This document shows, piece by piece, positions 7,986-16,787 of a stretch of DNA of 45,148 bases. The position numbers and the translations under genes were made by a program. Numbering within the stretch: the stretch's first letter is position 1; every line of letters begins with the position of its first letter. Below the pieces are notes generated by a model, which saw only the letters and a list, made by a program, of their open reading frames with translations, was not told where the DNA came from and did not search any database. The stretch spans positions 1 through 45,148 of the IMG/VR virus record IMGVR_UViG_3300031228_000013. One strand, given 5' to 3'. The DNA comes from a virus (lineage: Duplodnaviria; Caudoviricetes).

Positions 7986-8202
7986 GACGAGGTGGCGGAA
8001 TTGGTAAGCGGTGGATCTCCTAAGATAAAGTGAAGCCGCAGACGTAATGGGACGTAATCGAGCAACGGCCAGAAATGGCGAACGGATGTTTCACCGGGAT
8101 AGCGGGTTTCGTTCTTACTGAAAAGCAACACGGCTCTTTCCTTAAATGGATTCACGCGAGTTTGCCCATCTATCCATGCAGGTTCGAATCCTGCCCTCGT
8201 CA
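7986..8202 (+). ncRNA. tRNA-Leu-like RNA with a ~135-nt domain replacing the anticodon arm
   Basis: Acceptor GACGAGG/CCTCGTC plus A73; TGGCGGAATTGGTA D region; T arm GCAGG-TTCGAAT-CCTGC; ATGGAT/ATCCAT variable-arm-like helix. Confidence 0.75.
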
Positions 8203-8253
8203 CAAACTTAAAAAAGTATAGGGAATAGACCTCCACTTTTTTAAACTCATGGT

Positions 8254-8871
8254 ATGAAAGCATTTATTCTACATCACGCCAACAGGGCAATCAAAGATTT
8301 TGCATGGGGTCAATATACCGGCGACTTCTATCGTGTGAAAGATGCTATCCTACGAAAGTACGGCAAGGCTGTAGGTTACGACATACAGCATATTGAAGGT
8401 AAGAAGTGTCGGTCGTGCGGCGGAAAAGGTTATCACCCGAGATATTCATATCACCCCCCTTACAATGTTTATGATTACGCAGACTGCTGGCATTGCTGGG
8501 GAGGGTGGTATAAGCAGCCACAATGGATATGCCTTGAAAGAATTGCCTTTGATGGATACATCTTCCACCGCCCATTGAAACGTGAGCTATGTGTAAAGAA
8601 CCCTTTCACAGCGGAGGAACTTGGATGGCAGGTATCAGCAACGCCAATTATTGCCGGATACATAGAACACAATTCCACATGGTTCGGAAAATATGCCATA
8701 GCTATGATAATGATCAATACGCCCGACTTCCAACTGATCTGCAAGCGTATTTTGAAGGAGTGGAAATGGTATTGGCAAAGCAAGCGCGACCGTGTTGTAA
8801 GGCGCTTTAAGAAAAAGGTTGTCGTTAAAATCGCAATAGAAGATTGGGCCGGTGAAGATTTACCATTTTAA
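8254..8871 (+). CDS. Hypothetical protein with DnaJ-like CxxCxGxG zinc finger
   Basis: CRSCGGKG...CWHCWGG; ends EDLPF. Confidence 0.75.
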   Translation: MKAFILHHANRAIKDFAWGQYTGDFYRVKDAILRKYGKAVGYDIQHIEGKKCRSCGGKGYHPRYSYHPPYNVYDYADCWHCWGGWYKQPQWICLERIAFDGYIFHRPLKRELCVKNPFTAEELGWQVSATPIIAGYIEHNSTWFGKYAIAMIMINTPDFQLICKRILKEWKWYWQSKRDRVVRRFKKKVVVKIAIEDWAGEDLPF

Positions 8872-8891
8872 CCTATTACCCACTATAAAAA

Positions 8892-10256
8892 ATGGACTAT
8901 CAGTCTTTCATTGAAAATAAACGCCATTCGATTGGAAACTTTGGGATCAATCCTACTTACCTGCCGGATTGCATGTTTGATTTTCAGAAATATCTGGCTG
9001 AATATTCAATTAAAAAAGGACGTTGTGCAAATTTCATTGATACCGGATTGGGTAAGACACTGGATGAACTTGTACATGCGGTCAATTACATAAGGCACAC
9101 CAACAAGCCGGTTTTAATTATTACGCCTTTAGCGGTCGCATTTCAATTTATTAAAGAGGCTGAAAAGTTTGGGATTGATGATATCGAATACTCCAAAGAT
9201 GGCCGGTACAAGTCAAAGATAGTGGTTTGTAATTACGAGCGGTTAGGATATTTCAGCCCTTCGGACTTTGAATGTGTGATCCTGGATGAATCGTCAATCC
9301 TGAAAAACTTTGAAGGCGCAATAAAGAATCAGGTTACCTCTTTTTTAAAGCGGGTTAAATATCGTTTTCTATTCACGGCCACGCCTTCACCTAATGACTT
9401 CATCGAATTAGGCACAAGTTCGGAGGCTTTAGGGTACATGGGTTATACTGATATGCTTACCCGGTTCTTTACAAATAACGAGGACACAATCAGCCCGCAG
9501 CACATCGGAACTGAATGGATTTTAAAGGGGCACGCAAAGGAAAACTTTTTCAAATGGGTGAGTGGATGGAGTATCTCAATGCGGAAACCTTCCGACCTTG
9601 GATTTGACGATAGTAAATTTATTCTCCCTGAATTAATAACAAACTATCATTCGGTTAAGAATGAAAACAATATGGTTATTAATGGGCAGATCATGCTTAT
9701 TAACACCATCGCCAGAAGTCAATCCGAAATTCAAGCCGAAAACCGGGCAACGATTGAAAAGCGATGTGAGCGCGCTGTAGAATTGGCCGCCGGGCATAAA
9801 ACATCTGTGTATTGGTGTAATCTTAACCCGGAAGGCGATCTCCTGGAAAGTCTGGATAAGAACGCGGTCCAACTTCACGGCAGTATGGACCTGGATAAGA
9901 AAGAAGAAATATTACTAGCCTTCGCCAATCAGGAAATTGATAAGCTAATCACAAAGGCAAAAATCACGGCCTTTGGGTTAAACTGGCAGCACTGCAATCA
10001 TACGGTATACTTCCCGACATTCTCGTATGAGAGATACTATCAGGCTATCCGTAGGTTTTGGAGATTTGGTCAAAAGAAAGATGTGATTGTCGATCTGGTT
10101 TTTTCCGACGGTCAAAAGCGGGTACTAGATTCCCTGCTGGTTAAAACAGAAAAGGCCAATCAATTATTTACCAAACTGAACAGCAGTCTTCACCAATCAT
10201 TTGAGATTAAGTCCAAAGAATTCAACCAAGAAATTAAACTCCCTGTATTTATATGA
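8892..10256 (+). CDS. SF2 (SNF2-like) helicase
   Basis: DTGLGKT Walker A, LDESS Walker B, TATP motif III, QAIRRFWRFGQ motif VI. Confidence 0.9.
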   Translation: MDYQSFIENKRHSIGNFGINPTYLPDCMFDFQKYLAEYSIKKGRCANFIDTGLGKTLDELVHAVNYIRHTNKPVLIITPLAVAFQFIKEAEKFGIDDIEYSKDGRYKSKIVVCNYERLGYFSPSDFECVILDESSILKNFEGAIKNQVTSFLKRVKYRFLFTATPSPNDFIELGTSSEALGYMGYTDMLTRFFTNNEDTISPQHIGTEWILKGHAKENFFKWVSGWSISMRKPSDLGFDDSKFILPELITNYHSVKNENNMVINGQIMLINTIARSQSEIQAENRATIEKRCERAVELAAGHKTSVYWCNLNPEGDLLESLDKNAVQLHGSMDLDKKEEILLAFANQEIDKLITKAKITAFGLNWQHCNHTVYFPTFSYERYYQAIRRFWRFGQKKDVIVDLVFSDGQKRVLDSLLVKTEKANQLFTKLNSSLHQSFEIKSKEFNQEIKLPVFI

Positions 10257-11242
10257 AAGTTTACTCTGTGAAAGATCAGCTTTTGACTGATGATTATTCG
10301 ATTTACAACGGTGATTGTATGCACGTCCTTCCAATGCTACGGGATGAATCGATAGACCTGTCAATCTATTCCCCTCCGTTTGCCGGGCTGTATAATTATT
10401 CTAGTTCTGAAAATGATTTCTCCAACTGTGAAAGCAAAGAACAGTTCATGCAGCAGTATGAATTTTTGATTGCTGAAATCGGAAGGGTAACCAAACCCGG
10501 GCGCATCACTGCGGTACACGTTACCAACATCAAAGATTCCAAAACTGGGGATATGTGGGAGTTCCCACATGAAGTTGTAAAACTCCATCGTAAACACGGA
10601 TTTAACTGGAAAGATCAAATTACAATATGGAAAGAGCCTTTGAAAGTTCGTATGCGTACAATGGTGCGGTCCTTAATGCACAAACTAATTGTTGAGGATT
10701 CGACGGAATGTTTTACAGCTATGCCGGACTATATTCTAACATTCAAAAAGAAAGGCGATAACGCGGTGCCGGTAACCCATCCGGTAGGGCTGTCTGACTA
10801 CTTCGGAGAAACACCAATCCTTCCTGAGATGGTGGAAAAATATGGAACGTTTGATCAACTCAAAAAGAAGTACACCGGGCACACGGATCCAAAAACAAAT
10901 AAGCTATCGCATATTATATGGCAGCGGTACGCATCCAGCGTGTGGGATGATATCCGAATTGACAACGTACTTCCATTTCGGGATAGTAAAGATGAAGATG
11001 ACGAAAAACACGTACACCCCTTGCAGCTTGATGTAATTCAAAGGGTAGTGGAATTGTATTCTAATCCTGGTGAAGTTGTCTTATCTCCATTCATGGGTGT
11101 GGGCAGTGAGGTGTACGGGGCTGTAAGTCTTGATCGGAAAGGTATAGGTATTGAACTCAAAGACAGTTACTACAAGCAGTCGGTAATGAACCTGAAAGAT
11201 GTGAAGCGTGTAAAAGAAAAATCCCAACTACAATTAATATGA
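10253..11242 (+). CDS. DNA amino-methyltransferase (N4-C/N6-A, beta-type order)
   Basis: SPPF catalytic motif N-terminal to PFMGVGS SAM motif; HVHP..LQ; GIELK. Confidence 0.9.
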   Translation: MKVYSVKDQLLTDDYSIYNGDCMHVLPMLRDESIDLSIYSPPFAGLYNYSSSENDFSNCESKEQFMQQYEFLIAEIGRVTKPGRITAVHVTNIKDSKTGDMWEFPHEVVKLHRKHGFNWKDQITIWKEPLKVRMRTMVRSLMHKLIVEDSTECFTAMPDYILTFKKKGDNAVPVTHPVGLSDYFGETPILPEMVEKYGTFDQLKKKYTGHTDPKTNKLSHIIWQRYASSVWDDIRIDNVLPFRDSKDEDDEKHVHPLQLDVIQRVVELYSNPGEVVLSPFMGVGSEVYGAVSLDRKGIGIELKDSYYKQSVMNLKDVKRVKEKSQLQLI

Positions 11243-11271
11243 CCACCCAGTTTATAAAAGGAGGAAAGTAA

Positions 11272-12027
11272 ATGGCTAAAGAGGATTTCTGTTTTACATA
11301 TTACGACGGTGACGCGGCCAGGGACACAACCCACATGAACCGGCTGGAAAGGGGCGCATATCACGATATAGTTATTTCTCAGCGGAAGTTTGGTCACCTA
11401 ACAGGCGCCCAGGTTACGAAGATCCTCGGGCGTGACTTTGATGAATGCTGGCCGGCTATTGAACTGATTATGATTAAGGACGCGGATGGTAAATTTTTTA
11501 TTGAGTGGTTGGATAGGTCTATTTTGAAAATGCAGGCGCATTCCAAAAAGCAAAGCGAGAACCGGAAAGGTAAAACCAAAATTAACCAAACAGGAACCAA
11601 ACAGGAACCAACATTAAACCAAACGCAACCTTTAGAAGATGGAGATGGAAATGGAAATGAAGATGGTATTGAATTAGAAAATAAAAAAGAGTCGCACGAA
11701 AATGATCCACGTGAAACTGATTCAGAGACGTTGGGGGATGTTGAATTCTGGACTTCACAAGTCCTCGATGGTAATGATGCCTACTTTTTGAATATGGTTC
11801 GCAATGCCTCGATCATCCTCAATGGACAACTTGAGAATCTGGCGCGGGATCATCTCGGAAAATGTGCACGGTACAACTGGCATGAGCGCATGACCACACA
11901 GCAAGCGTTCCGGCATAGCCTTCTGAATTACATCACGGAGAATCTTAAAACAGCAAAGGATAAACAAAATGGAAAGCCATCCGTCACACTCGCAGAACTC
12001 CAAGCCCTCAGAAAAGGGGATGTATGA
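11272..12027 (+). CDS. Replication initiator, DUF1376/YdaU-like
   Basis: FTYYDGDAARDTTHMNRLERGAYHDI N-terminus and low-complexity linker. Confidence 0.7.
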   Translation: MAKEDFCFTYYDGDAARDTTHMNRLERGAYHDIVISQRKFGHLTGAQVTKILGRDFDECWPAIELIMIKDADGKFFIEWLDRSILKMQAHSKKQSENRKGKTKINQTGTKQEPTLNQTQPLEDGDGNGNEDGIELENKKESHENDPRETDSETLGDVEFWTSQVLDGNDAYFLNMVRNASIILNGQLENLARDHLGKCARYNWHERMTTQQAFRHSLLNYITENLKTAKDKQNGKPSVTLAELQALRKGDV

Positions 12028-12670
12028 ATTCTTCCATGACGAATTTCAAAGCCTCAGGGCAAAAACCGGCATCCGGCAGTGGGAGCAATTGAACGATCAG
12101 CCTGATTCAGCAAAGGTTATCCACGACCATATTCAATTCATGTGCAAAGAGTGTGATAAGCCCCCGTTCCATGTGGTGGACGCCAAGGTCAAGCAGCGGG
12201 TTATTTCACGCGCAATCGTCGAGGATGGGGATTTCATAGGGCTAAACGCAAAGTTCGTCAGGAAGGCTTTAAACGCCTGGTGGATGGTGAACCGCGACCG
12301 GGTTATGGAGGCGCTGAATGATCATAAGATTGCGGACAAAATCCAATTAACCCCGGAGCAAAGCCGTAAGATCGATGAAATAGCAAACCGGTATATCGCT
12401 GAACTTTTGCAAGGTGGCGGACCAAGGCCGGTTCCCGAGGTTGAGAATGCGGAAAAACAAGGCGCTGAATGGACAAGTGATATAGAGAGAAGGGCAATCC
12501 AGTATCCCAAAACTACACCCGAGCAAGCCGCCGCCCACGAACTCCACCTGGAATACGTCCGCCGGAACTACGACAAGTACACAGCAGAGAAATTATCAAA
12601 CTGGATCCCGGAATCAGAATGGTTAGAATCTCTATCACAGGAAGAAAAAAATCAAATAACAAAAAGATAA
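11969..12670 (+). CDS. Hypothetical protein (possible initiator partner)
   Basis: Long ORF overlapping the initiator end. Confidence 0.7.
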   Translation: MESHPSHSQNSKPSEKGMYEFFHDEFQSLRAKTGIRQWEQLNDQPDSAKVIHDHIQFMCKECDKPPFHVVDAKVKQRVISRAIVEDGDFIGLNAKFVRKALNAWWMVNRDRVMEALNDHKIADKIQLTPEQSRKIDEIANRYIAELLQGGGPRPVPEVENAEKQGAEWTSDIERRAIQYPKTTPEQAAAHELHLEYVRRNYDKYTAEKLSNWIPESEWLESLSQEEKNQITKR

Positions 12671-13239
12671 TGGATGAGATAAAATTTGCTAACGGTAATT
12701 TTCTCTATGAGGAAAACGGTTCATATTTTATAAGGAATAAGGAAGGTCAAATCGAAAAGGTTGTTAAAAATAGATTTAAACACAACCAAATCGTAAAGAC
12801 GGCCACCGGGAAACATTTCTCACACAAGTCATTTACCAGATTGATTGATCCCACATACATTCCTAGTCGTGGCTGGTGTTATGGTGAAAATTATATTTCA
12901 AGAAACAGACGGGGTGGCGGATGTGGGTTTTCTTTTGAGGAAGATATGTATGAAGAGATTACAAATCCGGCAGATATACTTTATGCAGAGAGATTTAACC
13001 TTCAGATACAAATTGATTATTTGAATAGCTGCCTGAAAAAATCTACTGAAACGTTAGAGAAAATTGAATTTGCCCTTTCGGTGGCCGTTCCTGATTATAC
13101 AAAAGTAATTGATGCCTGTAATCAATGCGGCGAACTTTATACACATAAGAATGAGGGGAATGTAAATGCCGCTATCTGTAAAAATTGTCGAGTATCACAG
13201 GAAGAAAAACAAAGGATAATTAAACACATAAAACCATGA
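12670..13239 (+). CDS. Hypothetical protein with C-terminal CxxC...CxxC (start reassigned to 12670)
   Basis: TAATG coupling; CNQC...CKNC. Confidence 0.7.
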   Translation: MDEIKFANGNFLYEENGSYFIRNKEGQIEKVVKNRFKHNQIVKTATGKHFSHKSFTRLIDPTYIPSRGWCYGENYISRNRRGGGCGFSFEEDMYEEITNPADILYAERFNLQIQIDYLNSCLKKSTETLEKIEFALSVAVPDYTKVIDACNQCGELYTHKNEGNVNAAICKNCRVSQEEKQRIIKHIKP

Positions 13240-13430
13240 AACGATTATTTAAAGTAGTGTTCGACTCAAACGAAAAGGACGGAGATTTTATCACAAATGC
13301 CGACTCGGTAAATGTTATAGCTGACGATGCGGAGAAAGCAATCCGAAAAGCCAAAAAGCATGTCGAGGAAAATAAACTGAATTACGTAGTCAATTCGGTA
13401 GTGGTGATTGGAACTATTGATGTGGACTAG
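13236..13430 (+). CDS. Hypothetical phage protein
   Basis: Coupled ORF. Confidence 0.7.
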   Translation: MKRLFKVVFDSNEKDGDFITNADSVNVIADDAEKAIRKAKKHVEENKLNYVVNSVVVIGTIDVD

Positions 13431-13462
13431 AAGGATAATAATCTCTTAAACCAGTAGAAGAA

Positions 13463-13711
13463 ATGACAAAGCTTGAACAGGAAATTTACCAATCCCTTTT
13501 AGTGCATGAGGGGATTGAAGGAGTTGAGGATGGAAATCCGATCAGCGCCGGAATATGTGAGAGTCACGCCAAAGCCGCCGCCGAAGTAGCAAAGAAGTAT
13601 ATCGAAGGGGCCTTGGAATCATGCGCTGTACTAACATATATGCAGCGCCAGCATGGGAATTGGCCACGGATTAAAGAAAAATGGCTTAAAGAAAATGGCG
13701 TAACAGAATGA
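13463..13711 (+). CDS. Hypothetical phage protein
   Basis: ORF within operon. Confidence 0.7.
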   Translation: MTKLEQEIYQSLLVHEGIEGVEDGNPISAGICESHAKAAAEVAKKYIEGALESCAVLTYMQRQHGNWPRIKEKWLKENGVTE

Positions 13712-13869
13712 CCCGCTCATCTCAGAAAGAACAATCAAAACCGGTTAAGGTATTATCACCGGAAGAAAGAGTAAAAGAAGCTCTAAAGGCTATGGGCCAT
13801 TACTTTGAACTGGATAAAAAGCAGGTGAAGTTTTATATCAGGCAGGTGGAATTAAGTGGAAAGTTATGA
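13708..13869 (+). CDS. 53-aa hypothetical protein; not in ORF track
   Basis: ATGA overlaps at both ends. Confidence 0.65.
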   Translation: MTRSSQKEQSKPVKVLSPEERVKEALKAMGHYFELDKKQVKFYIRQVELSGKL

Positions 13870-14120
13870 AAGCGAAGAAGAAAATAGAAATCACAGAAAA
13901 GCAGGCGATGCAATTTAATCGTATGTTGGTAGTGTTGAAACGCATAAAAAGATACCAAAGTCCTAACCGATTACGGCGGACATCCCAGAGAACATGGGGA
14001 CTTGATTTCGAGGAAGCTTTAGAGATGTCTTACGAGAATATACAAACTGAAGCCGCCGCAGGTATTAAAGGAATTAAACGCATTGAGATATGTACTGCAT
14101 CAACCATCCCGACAGAATAA
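13866..14120 (+). CDS. Hypothetical phage protein
   Basis: Coupled ORF. Confidence 0.7.
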   Translation: MKAKKKIEITEKQAMQFNRMLVVLKRIKRYQSPNRLRRTSQRTWGLDFEEALEMSYENIQTEAAAGIKGIKRIEICTASTIPTE

Positions 14121-14542
14121 CGGAAGGAACAACGGATAAGTGTGCCTCTTGCAACCGGATAGAACGTAAAGCCGCCGCCGTCCGTCCTTCGGATAATAAC
14201 TCACCCATTGAAAAAAGATCCGCTAAAGGTAAGGAAGTAGACCGTAAGTATCTCACAAGGTTAAGAACTTGGAAGCGCGGGAAAAAATGTGTTGCCAATT
14301 TCATCCATGAATGCTCCGATCAGATCACCTGCCACCATCAGCATGGCCGTAGTGATGATGCCTTTCACGATGAGGAAGCCGCCGAAAAGGGTATAGTCCT
14401 GACGCTGGATGAAAGATGGTGGCTGCCTGTATGCCTTGACGCTCACCGGTATATTACCGATCATCCGGACTTCGCCCGTGAGCACGGATACAGTTATTCA
14501 CGATTATCGGATTTAGTTCCAATGAAAATGAGAAACGAATGA
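14090..14542 (+). CDS. HNH/His-Me finger nuclease-like protein (NinG/Ref-like)
   Basis: C...C...CHHQHGR...WLPVCLDAH pattern. Confidence 0.55.
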   Translation: MYCINHPDRITEGTTDKCASCNRIERKAAAVRPSDNNSPIEKRSAKGKEVDRKYLTRLRTWKRGKKCVANFIHECSDQITCHHQHGRSDDAFHDEEAAEKGIVLTLDERWWLPVCLDAHRYITDHPDFAREHGYSYSRLSDLVPMKMRNE

Positions 14543-14946
14543 GAATATATAACGCCATTGTTTTACTGGACGAAGTTGGCGACCCGTTAAAGCATTTCGC
14601 CACCAAAGTTGAAAAGCAAATTAAGACGATTGAAACACGGATGAAAAACATGATCCCGGAGGGCGATATAGTTATCTGTTGTGGTGCGGAGAGCATGACA
14701 GTAAATCGTTGTAAGGCATTATGTATCGTCTATGTCGCCAAAGGCAGAAGGATGACTGCCGAAGATGAAACAGCAGCCTGTATTGAGGCTACAGACAAAC
14801 AGGGTAATGTAAGATGGGCGTTTCCTTTATCAAATTGGAGATACTTCAGCCGGAAGTTTGAGTTTTCAAAGCGGTATGTCTCAGGGTCGTTTCAGAGTAT
14901 TTTTCAAATCAGCATCCCGGACGATGTGCAAATAATAAACGAATGA
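14539..14946 (+). CDS. Hypothetical phage protein
   Basis: Coupled ORF. Confidence 0.7.
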   Translation: MRIYNAIVLLDEVGDPLKHFATKVEKQIKTIETRMKNMIPEGDIVICCGAESMTVNRCKALCIVYVAKGRRMTAEDETAACIEATDKQGNVRWAFPLSNWRYFSRKFEFSKRYVSGSFQSIFQISIPDDVQIINE

Positions 14947-15041
14947 CCAAGCGCCCCGACAACGAATGCCTCTGTGGCCGGTCGAAAGATAACCCGAAGC
15001 CTTCCCGGTGTCATTGGTGTCCATTCAAGATAAAAAAATGA
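14943..15041 (+). CDS. 32-aa Cys-containing micro-protein; not in ORF track
   Basis: MTKRPDNECLCG...CHWCPF; ATGA-coupled at both ends. Confidence 0.5.
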   Translation: MTKRPDNECLCGRSKDNPKPSRCHWCPFKIKK

Positions 15042-15121
15042 ACCCTTTCACAACCATTTGTTTAATCACCCTCCTGATATTGGCCTATGCCTTTTGGGAT
15101 GAAAACTTTAGAAAGGAATGA
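15038..15121 (+). CDS. 27-aa TM micro-protein; not in ORF track
   Basis: MNPFTTICLITLLILAYAFW; ATGA-coupled at both ends. Confidence 0.5.
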   Translation: MNPFTTICLITLLILAYAFWDENFRKE

Positions 15122-15978
15122 ACCCAAAATTTTACATAGACCAACAGGGGATAGTTAAGTACATAGCTGACTGTCCAGAAGAACCGCAAGTCTGCATGGC
15201 TTACGTGATTAAGTCGTGCCTTTATACAGCGTGTACATGCGATCCATTGCAAAAACAATACGAGCGCGACCTCCAAGCCGCAAAAGATTCGGCTGTGCCT
15301 TTTGTTGCGGGATCGATCTGTAAAATAGGCGGGCTGAATAATGCAAAGCCCGACTCCCTCCACCCCCTTCCTGATAACTACCGAGTAGAGGTGAAAGAAG
15401 TTAAAACCGGAGGAAGAAGCGTTAAAGATGCTAATGGTATCCCTTACGATTACCACACCTATTTTGAGAAACTAGCCTACATCCTCCCAACAAAAGAACC
15501 TATGAAAGAATCCTGCACTTATCCGCATTGTAATTGTGTGAACTGTGATTGTGACGATGTGAAAGCAGACGAAGAAAGCGGAATGTATGAAGATGGCTGC
15601 GCCTGTGGTTGGTGCGGGAAAAAGTACAAAGTAGATTTCATGATCCCGGATGAGTTATGGGAGAAAATTTCTAGCCATAATCTTCTATGTGGTCACTGTA
15701 TTATTGATCGGATAGAACGCCTGAATCAATTCGGAGCATTCCAATTAACAGATTTAGGAGACACAGCAGGGCCAGTTATAGAGGGTCAGGAGGAACTAAC
15801 CGTTGCGGATATAAAACAATTCATTGACCGCGAACTAGGCGGCTACAAAGTTGTCCATATAGGACACGCGCATAAGGTTATTGACAGACAATTCATATAC
15901 GAATCCGATGTAACAAGCCTTGCCTTGGAATTATTACAAGCGTTCAAAATAACCCGTAGAGATAGTGGAAAAGACTGA
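15118..15978 (+). CDS. Cys-rich mosaic hypothetical protein
   Basis: Several Cys clusters incl. CGWC...DELW...LLCGHCI. Confidence 0.7.
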   Translation: MNPKFYIDQQGIVKYIADCPEEPQVCMAYVIKSCLYTACTCDPLQKQYERDLQAAKDSAVPFVAGSICKIGGLNNAKPDSLHPLPDNYRVEVKEVKTGGRSVKDANGIPYDYHTYFEKLAYILPTKEPMKESCTYPHCNCVNCDCDDVKADEESGMYEDGCACGWCGKKYKVDFMIPDELWEKISSHNLLCGHCIIDRIERLNQFGAFQLTDLGDTAGPVIEGQEELTVADIKQFIDRELGGYKVVHIGHAHKVIDRQFIYESDVTSLALELLQAFKITRRDSGKD

Positions 15979-16165
15979 CAACTTCCCCGGAACTGGAAAA
16001 GATGGTTATTACGCTCACCAACTGGACAAAATCCACGACCTGACGCATAAGAACAATACTCTTCAATCAAGAATAGCCGAACTAGAATCCGATAACACCG
16101 CCCTCCGTCAGAGAATAGAGAAAATGAACGACTACCTTAGAAATAATGGTATGGAGCCGTTTTAA
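15965..16165 (+). CDS. Small coiled-coil protein
   Basis: Heptad LQSRIAELESDNTALRQRIEKM. Confidence 0.65.
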   Translation: MEKTDNFPGTGKDGYYAHQLDKIHDLTHKNNTLQSRIAELESDNTALRQRIEKMNDYLRNNGMEPF

Positions 16166-16184
16166 GCCGGAAACCGGCTTTTTT
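16164..16184 (+). terminator. Intrinsic terminator ending the early arm
   Basis: AAGCCGG-AAA-CCGGCTT followed by T-run. Confidence 0.8.
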
Positions 16185-16206
16185 AGGGAAATAGGCATAG
16201 TTTTTT

Positions 16207-16300
16207 TATCTTTGTTCCGCACGGCTGAAGCAACTATATGCCGTGAAAGGACAGAAAAAAGGGATTACCCAGGTTTGCCAGATGTGGGTACCCTTTTTTT
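16207..16300 (+). ncRNA. Candidate small RNA with its own promoter, hairpin and terminator
   Basis: TATCTTTG at 16207-16214; CACGGC/GCCGTG hairpin; terminator stem with T-run. Confidence 0.45.
16255..16300. terminator. Bidirectional intrinsic terminator at the end of the late/lysis operon
   Basis: AAAAAAGGG-AT-TACCCA...TGGGTA-CCCTTTTTTT. Confidence 0.75.
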
Positions 16301-16784
16301 ACTTAATTCCAACGATCCACGCCCGGATAGCCGCCCAAAACATAGCCCCGAGAACGAAGCCGATCAGCAGCGCCAGGGCAAAAAACTTGGCATAGTACCA
16401 GAATCCACGCGGGGTCTTGATCTCTGTTTTGACCGCTACCGGAACCCGGACCGTGATCGTGTCCGGCGGACATTCGGTGTTTACGTAAATTTCCTTTGTG
16501 ATGGTGTCAATTTTCAGCCGTGTGATGACTCTGTCCTTTTCTACGGTAATGGTGTCCCGGAAATGATCTACGCTAAAAACCGTGTCAATTTCGATTTTAG
16601 GGGTATGTACGGTAATGGTTTTGAATACGGTGTCCCGGTTAATGATAGCGCCTTTGATCTCGGCCTTTTTTAGATGCTTTTGGGCTTTGCGGAGATGGTG
16701 ATTTACGCCACATCCCCCCATGCCGAAAAGCAAAATAATCAGGACAATTAACCCAGCCAGTAAGGTCCAGTCTTTGCGTGTCAT
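16299..16784 (-). CDS. Unimolecular spanin-like lipoprotein
   Basis: Lipoprotein signal ending GGC, beta-rich middle, C-terminal TM helix; last gene of the lysis cassette. Confidence 0.65.
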   Translation of the reverse strand: MTRKDWTLLAGLIVLIILLFGMGGCGVNHHLRKAQKHLKKAEIKGAIINRDTVFKTITVHTPKIEIDTVFSVDHFRDTITVEKDRVITRLKIDTITKEIYVNTECPPDTITVRVPVAVKTEIKTPRGFWYYAKFFALALLIGFVLGAMFWAAIRAWIVGIK

Positions 16785-16787
16785 TTT

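Noticed and set aside
8011-8177. Reading the element as tRNA-Arg(CCT) with an intron (TGGAT-CTCCTAA...ATCCA)
   Set aside because: Splicing would leave only 1 nt between anticodon stem and T stem; the insert is short for a group I intron, and I see no P7 core or suitably placed terminal G; the D region is Leu-like. Not fully excluded without a covariance search.
7986-8202. Canonical tmRNA (ssrA)
   Set aside because: No G3-U70 pair or GGGG 5' end, too short, and no ALAA-type tag
8892-11242. Helicase plus MTase as a Type III restriction-modification or defence system
   Set aside because: No nuclease domain evident in the 454-aa helicase; the pair is a common phage replication-region module
16146-16673. 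175-aa + strand ORF and the many other antisense ORFs in the track (e.g. 25411-25911, 27266-27661, 7919-8263)
   Set aside because: Shadow frames opposite well-supported genes or crossing terminators and RNA elements; no recognisable motifs
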